Positions 35,088 through 43,801 of a stretch of 57,599 nucleotides of DNA are shown piece by piece. Under the pieces are notes generated by a model. It was not told the DNA's origin. It did no database searches and worked only from the letters and a program-made list of their open reading frames with translations. The DNA comes from a virus (Duplodnaviria; Caudoviricetes): IMG/VR virus record IMGVR_UViG_3300048541_000085, positions 1 through 57,599 of that record; one strand, given 5' to 3'. Numbering within the stretch: the stretch's first letter is position 1; each line of letters begins with the position of its first letter. Made by a program: the position numbers and the translations under genes.

Positions 35088-35570
35088 TTAAAACGGGATG
35101 TCGTCATCCAAGTCTTGTTCAGATGAAGGCGCACCCGTGGCATCGCCGGAGGAAACATTGCCAACGGGTGTGGTTCCCAACTTGAAAAAGCCAGAAACCT
35201 TGGAGCCATCACGCTCCACGCCATCTCTGTCTGTGTACTTATCTAAAGACACAGAGACACCCAGCTTCAGACCACGCATGGTGGAAATATCTCCGGGTTT
35301 ATTAGGGTTGGGATGACCACCAAAGGTCAGCAACTTTTTAAGTGTTTCTCGCCCAATGCTTTCAGCTTTTGGGTTGGAATTAACTACGTTTATCATACCG
35401 CTGATAACGCCGTCATCATTTCCAAGAGTGTACTTGACAGCACTGCCACCAGATTTAGTCTCGTACCACTCTGCCCAAGTGACAGAAACTTCGTGCCGTC
35501 CGGGCTTTAATACCTGTGCCTGTGTCGAAAACTCAACAGAGGAAAGGTCAAGGTCTTTGAATGAACTCAT
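35088..35570 (-). CDS. Single-stranded DNA-binding protein (DUF669-like)
   Basis: LKPG.HEV, TKSGG motifs and acidic DDDIPF C-terminus; follows a Sak4-like ATPase. Confidence 0.8.
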   Translation of the reverse strand: MSSFKDLDLSSVEFSTQAQVLKPGRHEVSVTWAEWYETKSGGSAVKYTLGNDDGVISGMINVVNSNPKAESIGRETLKKLLTFGGHPNPNKPGDISTMRGLKLGVSVSLDKYTDRDGVERDGSKVSGFFKLGTTPVGNVSSGDATGAPSSEQDLDDDIPF

Positions 35571-35574
35571 ATTC

Positions 35575-36366
35575 TTATGCTCCTAGTTTGTTATATTCTT
35601 CGTCTGATAGGTCAAGACGCTTGAGTAACTCGACAACACTGCCAGTCTTTTCGATTGGCTTGAGTCTGCGTTTTTCGTCTCGCACCTTGCCGTGCCAGCC
35701 CTTCACCTCATCAGTGATGATGTAGCGGAGAACCTTTTGCTTTCCGTCTTCTTCATGCGTAACGCGAACACCGCAGAAAACACAGTCGAATATTCCGGGT
35801 AGCTGTTGCATGGTCGCCTTGCCATCAACCATTGGCCAATACTCTGTTTCGCCATTTTCGTTAGAGCTTTCTTTTGCAAGACATGTAACGATAACGTGAA
35901 GGTTCATGTCACGAATAGCCTTACATGCGCCAATCATTTGTGCGGCGTGGTTTCCCCAGACAGCAAAGCCGTCCTCTTGTTTCTTGCCCTTGGCTTTTGC
36001 GTCAGCTACTGCCTCAGCTTTGGCATGCTTGTATGACAAATACGAAAGCTCTGTTAGGCTGTCGATGCCTATCCACTTGTAACCAGCTTCGGCAAATTCA
36101 TCAGTTCGCGTCCATTTGTAAATGTCCATGAAGCTGTATTCACCTTTGTCTGGGTCTGATTTACCACCCCATGTTTGGAATGGTAGGTAATCAATGCCAG
36201 CATCCCTGATGGAGGACAGGCCACTTTCGCCAGATATAATAAAGCCTTTACCATATTCCTTCTGGAAGTGTGCCATCTGTGTGGTCTTCCCCCACCCGTG
36301 GTGTCCGTAAAGAAGAACCTTACGGCGAGCAGTCTCTTCGTCTGCTGTGCTCATTGGTTTGAACAT
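35575..36366 (-). CDS. Sak4-like (AAA_24) recombination ATPase
   Basis: LLYGHHGWGKTT Walker A, ESGL, IGIDSLTE Walker B, KVRD; AAGGAG RBS. Confidence 0.88.
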   Translation of the reverse strand: MFKPMSTADEETARRKVLLYGHHGWGKTTQMAHFQKEYGKGFIISGESGLSSIRDAGIDYLPFQTWGGKSDPDKGEYSFMDIYKWTRTDEFAEAGYKWIGIDSLTELSYLSYKHAKAEAVADAKAKGKKQEDGFAVWGNHAAQMIGACKAIRDMNLHVIVTCLAKESSNENGETEYWPMVDGKATMQQLPGIFDCVFCGVRVTHEEDGKQKVLRYIITDEVKGWHGKVRDEKRRLKPIEKTGSVVELLKRLDLSDEEYNKLGA

Positions 36367-36767
36367 CAATCGCTCCTTGTAATTTTAATTGATACTGGCC
36401 CCGGATTGCGTGTAAGCGCAGGGACGAGGGGTGCTTGCTCATGCTCATCAAGGCTTTGGAATACCCTCTTGTCCACTGTGAGCCTACGCTTCACATGGTC
36501 AGGTATAACTTCGTCTTGATATATTTTGCTGAGAAGGTCTTGGTTCCAGACATACCGCTCTTGACGGTTGATGGTCAGAACTTTGTTTCCTACTACCCGT
36601 GAGTGTTCACCAAAGTCTTCTGGAAAGTCTGAGATGAGTTGCTTCTCGATGCGTTTAATCTTTTCATCGAGGTCACTCCTTTGGATTACAAGATTTTCAT
36701 ATTCCTCAATCATCCTTGAGGTTTCGCGGCTCTCGCTACCACTACTTAGCATATCCCAATCGGACAT
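36366..36767 (-). CDS. Hypothetical protein of the recombination module
   Basis: 133 aa; GGAGG RBS; N-terminal coiled coil; first gene of the leftward operon. Confidence 0.75.
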   Translation of the reverse strand: MSDWDMLSSGSESRETSRMIEEYENLVIQRSDLDEKIKRIEKQLISDFPEDFGEHSRVVGNKVLTINRQERYVWNQDLLSKIYQDEVIPDHVKRRLTVDKRVFQSLDEHEQAPLVPALTRNPGPVSIKITRSD

Positions 36768-36931
36768 ATTTTCGCCTCCGTTTTAGTTTGTGTGTGAACA
36801 CACTATATCAGTTTCGCTTGTGGGACAATATGTATTGCAGACAAAACTTTGTACCGTAAACGATACAGTTATTGATGTATGTATATATATGTGTAAATGT
36901 ACCACCATTAACACAAGCAAAGGAGAGGCTT
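36768..36931. promoter_or_regulatory. AT-rich divergent control region with operator-like sites
   Basis: Between divergent operons; TGTA-N10-TACA at 36850-36867, a related site at 36831-36848, and GACAAAACTTTGTAC at 36840. Confidence 0.7.
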
Positions 36932-37141
36932 ATGCAGTTCAACGCAAAGCAGTTGATTGATGATTGCGGCGGCGTTCGAGCGGTCGCGGATGCACTTGGG
37001 AAGCACCGAACCGCACCCTACCGAATGATGAAAACTCGCCACATGACAACGTGGCAACTTGAAATACTCAAATATCAAAACCCAGACCTAAACCTAGACG
37101 ATTACTTCGAGGATAACAATGACAGTAGAAACACTGAGTGA
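36932..37141 (+). CDS. Cro-like HTH protein
   Basis: 69 aa from ATG 36932 after AAGGAG; LIDDCGGVRAVADALG HTH pattern. Confidence 0.7.
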   Translation: MQFNAKQLIDDCGGVRAVADALGKHRTAPYRMMKTRHMTTWQLEILKYQNPDLNLDDYFEDNNDSRNTE

Positions 37142-39116
37142 TGCGCTTTATGAGCAGGCCGTAAAAGCTATTGAATTGGGATGGACAGTGTTCCCACTTT
37201 CCGTCTCAAGCAAGAGGCCATTGAATGAATGGAAGCACTACCAAACAAATGCAACAACCCTTGAAGAGGTTGAGGATTGGTTTGAAAACGGTGCGCCCAC
37301 CACCAACGGTAGCCGTGTCAAGTTGTTCAACTTGGCACTGGTTACTGGCGACATATCTGGTGTAGTGGTGCTTGATTGTGACAACGTGGAAGCCGTTGCC
37401 TACGCAAACAAGAACAACCTTGTGTCGCCATTTGCTGTGAAGACCACGCGAGGTATGCACTTTTACTTTTCGCACGGTGGTCACGGGAAGAAGTTCCAAA
37501 ACAAAGTAGGTGGAACTAGCTACGACTGGCCTTCTGTTCATGGACTAGACCTTCGCGGAGACGGCGGGTATGTGGTTATGCCACCATCTGTCAAGACGGA
37601 TAAGGAAGGTAAGGTTGTCCATACATACGAGTGGGACATTGGATACGGTCTTGGGTGGGACGACCTTGAAGATTTCCAGTGGCGTGGCGCACCAACAACC
37701 GTATCAACGGACGCTCTGACGTTCGACACACTTGACCTAACAAATGTTTCCATCCACACGCCTGATGCAAATGCAACCGTATGGGAGCAAACCGAACAAC
37801 GTGTCGCCGTGCTTGGTCGGAAACTACAAGAAGGAGACGGAACTGATGCTTGGATGGTTCGCTTCTGCGGCCAAAAGGTAAGGCAGGGATTACTTGGCAA
37901 AGACCTTGAGCATGTGGTGCGTAACTATTATGCAGAGTTTTTTGTAGATGAGTACCCAAAAGAAGCCACAGAACGCTGGCTTGTGGCCAAAATGCGGTCG
38001 GCAACAGAAATGGATATGCGTAATTACCCCGAACAGTATGACAAAGAGGGTAATCGCACAGACAAAAAGAAAGAGATTGCCGTCATTGATAGCTCTCGGC
38101 TGGTTCCAATCTATGCGGATGCAGTTGAGCGGTTGCTTTCGGAGATGCGAGACGAGGTTTATTGGGTAAACCCATTGATACCTGAAGGCACAATCACACA
38201 GGTTGTGGGCTTCAATGGTCACGGCAAGTCATATTTTCTGTCTGCGATGCTGAACAGCATGGCCGCTGGGCGTGACGAGTTCGGTCCATACGAAACGCCG
38301 AAGCCTGCTAGGGTATTCTATATGGACTATGATAACCCAAGACGGACAGCTTTGCGCAGGCTCCGCGACTTCAATAAAACATTTGGTTACACCAATGAGC
38401 ACTTCGGCCTCTGGTCGCCAACTCTGATTTCATCTGAGGACGGCGGCGAGGTTGACCTCATGACAGAGAAGGGTATCCGTCTTCTTGGCGACTGGCTTGA
38501 TGTTGTTCAGCCGGACATACTTGTGATAGACACAATCCGTAACGCATTTCGTGGGTTGGAAGAGGCAAGCCCGACAGAGTGGGCGAAGGTGAACTTCGTT
38601 GCAAAGCTGGTGCGTAACAAAGGAATATCTGTCGTCTTGGTTCATCACCGAAACAAGCCGGGAGAAAACGGGCTGGGCCGGGAGGCAGGCTCGACAGCAC
38701 AGCTTACAGATGTGGACACACAGGTTTTTGTCACCCAAATCTTTCAAGACAAGACCGAAGTCAAGGCGAAAGCTGGGCTTCTTGATTCAGATTTGGCTGT
38801 GTTTACTCTTGATGGTAAAGAGTACACACCATACGGATACTTGTTGAAGATTGCTGGCAAGGACTCTCGCCTTCAAATGGTCACACAAATATCGTTTGGT
38901 AAGGTGCGACAGCAAACAGAGTTGCATGAAACGCACTACATAGGTTGGTGTGAGAGCCTTGTGACTGGCGATAAATTTATCGTGTCAACAAAATCAAAGA
39001 AACAAAAGGCTCTGTTCTTGAACACTCAGGGATACAACGCCTTCGACATCAGCAGGGAAATCAAAGTTCCCCAAGATGAAATTCGCTCTTGGTTAGGAAT
39101 TGTGGATGCCACTTAA
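37119..39116 (+). CDS. Bifunctional primase-polymerase fused to RecA-type (AAA_25/RepA) helicase
   Basis: GWTVFPL, NLALVTG, VVVLDCD, GMHFYF, DLRGDGGYVVMPPS; Walker A GFNGHGKS, Walker B ILVIDT, VHHRNK. Confidence 0.92.
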   Translation: MTVETLSDALYEQAVKAIELGWTVFPLSVSSKRPLNEWKHYQTNATTLEEVEDWFENGAPTTNGSRVKLFNLALVTGDISGVVVLDCDNVEAVAYANKNNLVSPFAVKTTRGMHFYFSHGGHGKKFQNKVGGTSYDWPSVHGLDLRGDGGYVVMPPSVKTDKEGKVVHTYEWDIGYGLGWDDLEDFQWRGAPTTVSTDALTFDTLDLTNVSIHTPDANATVWEQTEQRVAVLGRKLQEGDGTDAWMVRFCGQKVRQGLLGKDLEHVVRNYYAEFFVDEYPKEATERWLVAKMRSATEMDMRNYPEQYDKEGNRTDKKKEIAVIDSSRLVPIYADAVERLLSEMRDEVYWVNPLIPEGTITQVVGFNGHGKSYFLSAMLNSMAAGRDEFGPYETPKPARVFYMDYDNPRRTALRRLRDFNKTFGYTNEHFGLWSPTLISSEDGGEVDLMTEKGIRLLGDWLDVVQPDILVIDTIRNAFRGLEEASPTEWAKVNFVAKLVRNKGISVVLVHHRNKPGENGLGREAGSTAQLTDVDTQVFVTQIFQDKTEVKAKAGLLDSDLAVFTLDGKEYTPYGYLLKIAGKDSRLQMVTQISFGKVRQQTELHETHYIGWCESLVTGDKFIVSTKSKKQKALFLNTQGYNAFDISREIKVPQDEIRSWLGIVDAT

Positions 39117-39334
39117 AGACTTAAAGACTTTAGCAGACCCGAACACCCGAAGGGGTGTGAGGCTATGTGTTGCTCTGTGTTACCTAAAGGATTGTACTGA
39201 GCATCTCTTGGGTACGTCAAGGCAACTTTTTGTACTGGGAAGGTCGGTGGCAGTGGCCACCGCCCCAAAACCCGTTGCAATAAAAGGATTATAACGATGA
39301 AGGACAAAACTTTGTACTGAAAGGAGGAGACCGA

Positions 39335-39664
39335 ATGGGTAAGGCTAGAAGAATTTCGGAGAAAGACCGAAAATATCTAGCCAAGTCGCTCAAAACCGAG
39401 ACACCCTACACAGAAATGGCCGTTCACATGGGCGTATGTGTAGACACACTGAAACGAATACTGCAACGCGAGGGCTTGGCTGAATTTGATGCCGCAAAAT
39501 ACGCGGTTAGCTTGAGCTTTGAGACACAAAAAACATGGGTGAGGCCGTGCATGAGATGCAGGGACGAAGCTCCTCGCCCGAAGTGGCAATATATTTGTGA
39601 CAAATGCAAAGAACGAAACGAACAATATTCTGGTGTGGATGAGGAGTGGTTATGGGAAGACTGA
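39335..39664 (+). CDS. HTH plus C4 zinc-finger protein, candidate transcription activator
   Basis: 109 aa; YTEMAVHMGVCVDTLKRIL HTH; CMRC...CDKC; AAGGAGG RBS. Confidence 0.6.
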   Translation: MGKARRISEKDRKYLAKSLKTETPYTEMAVHMGVCVDTLKRILQREGLAEFDAAKYAVSLSFETQKTWVRPCMRCRDEAPRPKWQYICDKCKERNEQYSGVDEEWLWED

Positions 39665-40098
39665 GCCCAAGAGGAAGCAAGGCGAAGGGCGACAAGTATG
39701 AACGCGAACTCGCCGAGTATTTTAATGAAGCCCTTTATGGTGGAGAACCAAAGATATTCCGAGCCCCGTTGTCTGGCGGAGGACGAAGCACATTCGGCGG
39801 CGGAAGTGCTGACCTAACTGGCACACCGTTCGTCTGGGTAGAGGCAAAGCGCACAGAAAAGTTCGCGCCATACGCCGCAATGGAACAAGCCGAACGTGGA
39901 ATCGCCGGGAAGAAGAGCCGGGATGTCCCGGTGGTAGTATCAAGACGAAACCAGATGACTACAAGCGACAGCTTGGTAGTCATGAGGATGAAAGATTGGA
40001 TTGATATGTATCACTCTTACCTTGATATGAAGGGAGAGCTTTCCAAGGACGACACAGAAGAGACCCCAACGATATACTCAGAGTATGAGGAGATTTAA
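39646..40098 (+). CDS. Holliday junction resolvase (PD-(D/E)xK, Hjc-like)
   Basis: SKAKGDKYEREL, RAPLSGG, ADL, VEAKR, PVVVSRRN. Confidence 0.82.
   Translation: MVMGRLSPRGSKAKGDKYERELAEYFNEALYGGEPKIFRAPLSGGGRSTFGGGSADLTGTPFVWVEAKRTEKFAPYAAMEQAERGIAGKKSRDVPVVVSRRNQMTTSDSLVVMRMKDWIDMYHSYLDMKGELSKDDTEETPTIYSEYEEI
40047..40078 (+). promoter_or_regulatory. Putative late promoter GGACGAC-N19-TATACT
   Basis: In the resolvase 3' end, upstream of GAGGAG and a run of small ORFs. Confidence 0.7.
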
Positions 40099-40103
40099 GT
40101 GTT

Positions 40104-40232
40104 ATGGATTGGGTCACTGCTGAACTCGTAGATACGGTACACAACATCTCTTGGTTTGATGGCATTGTGTATATTGCGCTGGGTCTATCTGTGTATGCGG
40201 TGGTCAAGTACATAAACAAAAGGTTTAAGTGA
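40104..40232 (+). CDS. 42-aa single-pass membrane peptide
   Basis: MDWVTAELVDTVHNISWFDGIVYIALGLSVYAVVKYINKRFK; stop overlaps the next ATG. Confidence 0.6.
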   Translation: MDWVTAELVDTVHNISWFDGIVYIALGLSVYAVVKYINKRFK

Positions 40233-40486
40233 TGGCAAAGAAGGTCAGCAAAAAATCTATGCCTTGCAACAAGCCTCGCAGACAAAAGTCTGGTGGCAAG
40301 AAGTTCGTTGTGAAGGCATGTGCGAACGGTAAGGAAAAGATTATCCGCTTTGGTGATGCAAACATGACCATCAAGTCTGGCAACCCGAAGCGCAAGAAGT
40401 CATACTGCGCCCGCTCTGGTGGCATAAAGGGCAAGAGCAATAAGTTGAGCGCAAACTATTGGTCAAGACGAGCGTGGAAGTGTTGA
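40232..40486 (+). CDS. Small Lys-rich protein
   Basis: 84 aa; KKFVVKAC...IIRFGD..MTIK..NP.RKKSYCAR...SANYWS. Confidence 0.78.
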   Translation: MAKKVSKKSMPCNKPRRQKSGGKKFVVKACANGKEKIIRFGDANMTIKSGNPKRKKSYCARSGGIKGKSNKLSANYWSRRAWKC

Positions 40487-40487
40487 T

Positions 40488-40697
40488 ATGGAAGCGGTGG
40501 TTTTGTTCATGGTCATGCAGATGCCTTTCAACACACCGATTCTGATGCGAGACCAAGAGCAATATATGACACACAAGGAGTGTCAAGAGACAGGCAAATT
40601 TAAGGCTAGAGAAATTGCCGAAGAGATGGCAGAAAACATTGGAGCCCCGATAAGGTTTAGTTATTGGTGCGAAGGCGAAGAAAGGACGGAAACGTAA
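40488..40697 (+). CDS. Hypothetical protein (hydrophobic N-terminus, two Cys)
   Basis: 69 aa; coupled to neighbours. Confidence 0.6.
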   Translation: MEAVVLFMVMQMPFNTPILMRDQEQYMTHKECQETGKFKAREIAEEMAENIGAPIRFSYWCEGEERTET

Positions 40698-40879
40698 TGT
40701 CTAATTGTTCACATTGTAAGAGCCCACAGGCTTGCAGAAACGGATGCGTTGCAGAGGTAACTCGCGGCATTTACGGTCAGAAAAGTAAAGTGCGTGAGAT
40801 ACCAGTCACAAGCAACAAGAAGAAGACAACCATATCTGGCATGCCGAACGCAGAACTTTTGCGCAAGACAAATTTCTAA
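40697..40879 (+). CDS. 60-aa Cys-rich basic hypothetical protein
   Basis: MSNCSHCKSPQACRNGC...; TAATG coupling at both ends. Confidence 0.6.
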   Translation: MSNCSHCKSPQACRNGCVAEVTRGIYGQKSKVREIPVTSNKKKTTISGMPNAELLRKTNF

Positions 40880-40998
40880 TGGGTTATCCCAAAGCCCCGC
40901 CAAGAAAGAGGACTCAAAGCATCCCCAGAAGTGCGGGGACAAAGCGTGTTGCCCGCAGGCCAAAGCCCCCTATTCCGAGACGAACCAGACGAGTGTAA
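40879..40998 (+). CDS. 39-aa Arg/Pro-rich peptide
   Basis: MGYPKAPPRKRTQSIPRSAGTKRVARRPKPPIPRRTRRV; TAATG coupling, stop abuts the next ATG. Confidence 0.6.
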   Translation: MGYPKAPPRKRTQSIPRSAGTKRVARRPKPPIPRRTRRV

Positions 40999-41472
40999 AT
41001 GGAACGCCGTGTTTGCAGGGTGTGCAAACAGGACAAAGATATAGACCAGTACGAGCAATATCATCACACCAAAACAAGACGAACGATGTGCTACCGCTGT
41101 TTGTACGACAAGCGAACCAAAGCGTACACCGCAAATTCCACAGTCTTCATAGAAAGAATGGTGTCGCAACTAAAGTCTGGCAGAAGAAAGCAGGGCATAG
41201 ATTTTGATTTAACCCCTGAGTTTTTTCTGAAGATGTTTGATAACCAAGACGGACTATGTGCCGTCACTGGAAGGAAAATGACATGGCAGAGAAAACCCGA
41301 CAGGCGAAACGATATGAACATTTCGATAGACAGGATAGAGCCGAAGGGGAATTACGAGGAAAGCAACGTGAGGTTGGTCTGCAAGAGAGTGAATTTGATG
41401 AAGCACAACATGACAGACGAGGAGTTGCTGGACTGGAGCAAGACGATATTAGCTACCCTTGCGTTGAAATAG
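40999..41472 (+). CDS. HNH-superfamily endonuclease with Zn-finger N-terminus
   Basis: CRVC...CYRC; QDGLCAVTG; SIDRIEPKGNYEESNVRLVCKRVNLMK. Confidence 0.78.
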   Translation: MERRVCRVCKQDKDIDQYEQYHHTKTRRTMCYRCLYDKRTKAYTANSTVFIERMVSQLKSGRRKQGIDFDLTPEFFLKMFDNQDGLCAVTGRKMTWQRKPDRRNDMNISIDRIEPKGNYEESNVRLVCKRVNLMKHNMTDEELLDWSKTILATLALK

Positions 41473-41599
41473 TTCCTAACGCGATAATCTTGTACATGTG
41501 TGATGGGAAGGGAATGTATCTGCAAGCTGAGGAAGGTATGCTTCTCAGCGAATTGCTTGCAGAGGCATCCGCTGAGTGCTTGTTTTGTGAGATGGATAG

Positions 41600-42136
41600 C
41601 TAGACGGCTTTCAACCACCAACGTGGTAACGTGCGACAGCCACCCCATTTGGCAAACCTAGACTTAGCTTGTCTGTAATATTCTCGGTAAGCCTCAACCA
41701 CACCATCGTGGCTTGATGTATCGATACTGTCAGTGATGTATTTGTAATCACCAAAAGCACATGGCGGTGGGGGCATATCATCGTAGCTTTCCGCACCAGC
41801 TAGATACTTTGGAATGATTACAAGGTGCCCTCGCAGTTCGGTGTACTTGTGTTCGCGTCCGTAACGCTCAACGTATTCGAGAAGAAGTTCTTCCCACATG
41901 CTGAACACATAGCAGTATTGAAACAATCCGCTTCTTGTCCATACATTTGATGGGTGGTTCACATGAGTTTGCTTAATCAGGCAACGCTCTGCCAAATCAC
42001 GTTCGTCTTGATTGGGGCTTTGGTGCCATGCTGTTGACAGCATTTGCGCATACTCCATGACCATCTTCCGCAGATGGTCGTCACAGTGCATCCTCGCCGC
42101 TGTCCTCGGATTTCTGTCCAAGTAAAAGATGTTCAT
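41600..42136 (-). CDS. Pyrimidine dimer DNA glycosylase / endonuclease V-like
   Basis: MNIFYLD...HCDDHLRKMVMEYAQMLSTA, THVNHPS..W, EY..RYG..H, VEAYREYY. Confidence 0.85.
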   Translation of the reverse strand: MNIFYLDRNPRTAARMHCDDHLRKMVMEYAQMLSTAWHQSPNQDERDLAERCLIKQTHVNHPSNVWTRSGLFQYCYVFSMWEELLLEYVERYGREHKYTELRGHLVIIPKYLAGAESYDDMPPPPCAFGDYKYITDSIDTSSHDGVVEAYREYYRQAKSRFAKWGGCRTLPRWWLKAV

Positions 42137-42434
42137 TGTCAGCGTCCTCCAGTTTGTTTAAGCATCTACCACAGTAGAAACCATCGGGTCGCACAAGTGC
42201 TCTGGTCTTTTCAGTTCCACAGAAATCACATGAACGCCACCTTGTTGTATCCCACATCGTTTCCATCCTACCCCCTAGCACATGGACAACGGCCTCGAAG
42301 TTTCCCAGCTTGGGTTCGTGCCGTCTCCATGACTTGATAGTTGATACGGACACACCCGCTTGACGAGCGATATCGTCTAGGGTGCGTCCGCTTGCACGAA
42401 TGTGCATGAACATATCGTGCAATAAAGGGTTCAC
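42081..42434 (-). CDS. XRE-type HTH protein with C-terminal CxxC...CxxC
   Basis: TLDDIARQAGVSVSTIKSWRRHEPKLGNFEAV; CDFC...CGRC. Confidence 0.75.
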   Translation of the reverse strand: MNPLLHDMFMHIRASGRTLDDIARQAGVSVSTIKSWRRHEPKLGNFEAVVHVLGGRMETMWDTTRWRSCDFCGTEKTRALVRPDGFYCGRCLNKLEDADNEHLLLGQKSEDSGEDAL

Positions 42435-42859
42435 AGCGAAATATGATTTCTGTTTGCACGATAGTAATCGATGATAAAGGCTAGTGCATCTTGCACAGTA
42501 TGCCCAGACAAAGTAGCAAGTGCCTTAACGTATTCGCTATCGTCCTTGGACATCCACACAGATTTGTGAGGAACCAAGTTGCTCTTCTTGCGAGGAGTGC
42601 GAACCGTCTTGCGCTTGGCCTTCGTCTTCTTGCCACGGTCTTCGAGGAAACTTGGCTGGCACCACTTGTAGATGACAGCTTTGTGAACATTATACTTGTC
42701 ACATATAGTATCAATAGGAACGCCAGCCTCTTTGAGGGAGCGAACCTCTTGCAACGTAACAAGCGGAACCGATTTGATTACACCGTTGGATTTGCGCGGG
42801 GCATCTCGCAATGCAATTTGCCCAGCGGTCAGGTTAAGGGTTGGTTTTGTATGTAGCAT
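42431..42859 (-). CDS. HTH DNA-binding protein, candidate repressor
   Basis: GVPIDTICDKYNVHKAVIYKW HTH, basic linker, RHH-like C-terminus; GGAGG RBS. Confidence 0.7.
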   Translation of the reverse strand: MLHTKPTLNLTAGQIALRDAPRKSNGVIKSVPLVTLQEVRSLKEAGVPIDTICDKYNVHKAVIYKWCQPSFLEDRGKKTKAKRKTVRTPRKKSNLVPHKSVWMSKDDSEYVKALATLSGHTVQDALAFIIDYYRANRNHISL

Positions 42860-42880
42860 TTAGACCTCCAGTTTTAATGC

Positions 42881-42927
42881 TGTATCACTTACAGTACATA
42901 ATTAGTACCGTCAGCAATACATGTCAA
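42881..42927 (-). promoter_or_regulatory. Sigma70-type promoter TTGACA-N17-TAATTA overlapped by two GTA-N10-TAC operators
   Basis: -35 at 42927-42922, -10 at 42904-42899; operators at 42881-42898 and 42904-42921. Confidence 0.7.
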
Positions 42928-42937
42928 CATATTTTTT

Positions 42938-43771
42938 TTATAGTGATGCAACCGCGTTGATTGCACGAGAAGGCACGAAGCCTCTATACCGCATGGTCTG
43001 CGATATATCTTTGTGCCCCATCAGTAATTGTAAGTCACCGATGTCGGCACCGTTTTGAGCCGCAATGAAAGCGAACGTGTGTCGCAAGTCATGAACCCTC
43101 AACACCTCATGTTTCATCTGCCCACATATCGAGCGCATGATTGAGTTGAAAAGTATTGACGCTTCATGCGCCGACTTGAATGGTTTGCCCTTGGCTTTCA
43201 GAAAGGCATAGCCCCAGTCGGGAAGAAGAGGAATAATAGATTGCATACGCGAAGACAGTGGTATCTGACGGTAAACTGTCTTACCAAACTTGCCCTGCTT
43301 CTGAACCTTTAACTCACCAGATGTTAAGTCGGACACCTGTACCCGTAGAAGTTCGCCAAGACGAACGCCTGTATGCACAAGTGTTGTGAAGTGCGGTGTG
43401 TAAAATGTGTATGGACTAGCTTCGATTGCATCGAGAAACAATGGAACAACATGCGAGTCGAAATGTATCTCTCGTGCATCGTCAACCGTTGGCCTCTTCA
43501 CACGAGGCACTGCAATACCCCATGTGTCTCCGGCCAGTTGCATGATGGCTGAAAGAATATTCAGCCACCTTCGTCTTGAATTTGGTTTCAGCTTGGCAAA
43601 CCGCTTGGCAGTGCGGGTGGCAATGACATCGTTTGTGACATTGGGGATGTCTAAGTTCCCAAACGTATCACGAAAGAAATCAACCTTCGTGTTCGTGTCG
43701 AGGGATAGCCTGTCCTCCCCCTGTTTGATTGCGAGGTAAAGGTCGCAAGCCTCAGTAAATTTTTTCATCAT
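42938..43771 (-). CDS. Tyrosine recombinase / integrase
   Basis: 277 aa from ATG 43771 after GGAG; catalytic set HTGVRLGE, HDLRH, MGH, TMRY. Confidence 0.92.
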   Translation of the reverse strand: MMKKFTEACDLYLAIKQGEDRLSLDTNTKVDFFRDTFGNLDIPNVTNDVIATRTAKRFAKLKPNSRRRWLNILSAIMQLAGDTWGIAVPRVKRPTVDDAREIHFDSHVVPLFLDAIEASPYTFYTPHFTTLVHTGVRLGELLRVQVSDLTSGELKVQKQGKFGKTVYRQIPLSSRMQSIIPLLPDWGYAFLKAKGKPFKSAHEASILFNSIMRSICGQMKHEVLRVHDLRHTFAFIAAQNGADIGDLQLLMGHKDISQTMRYRGFVPSRAINAVASL

Positions 43772-43783
43772 TTTCTCCGTTTG

Positions 43784-43801
43784 TGTATCCTCAGTGTTAC
43801 A
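43784..43801. promoter_or_regulatory. TGTA-N10-TACA operator upstream of the recombinase RBS
   Basis: TGTATCCTCAGTGTTACA; 43781-43802 matches 51189-51210 at 19/22 positions in inverted orientation. Confidence 0.65.

Noticed and set aside
37658-37664. GGACGAC copy inside the primase gene
   Set aside because: No -10-like hexamer 18-19 nt downstream; consistent with a chance occurrence in WDD codons.
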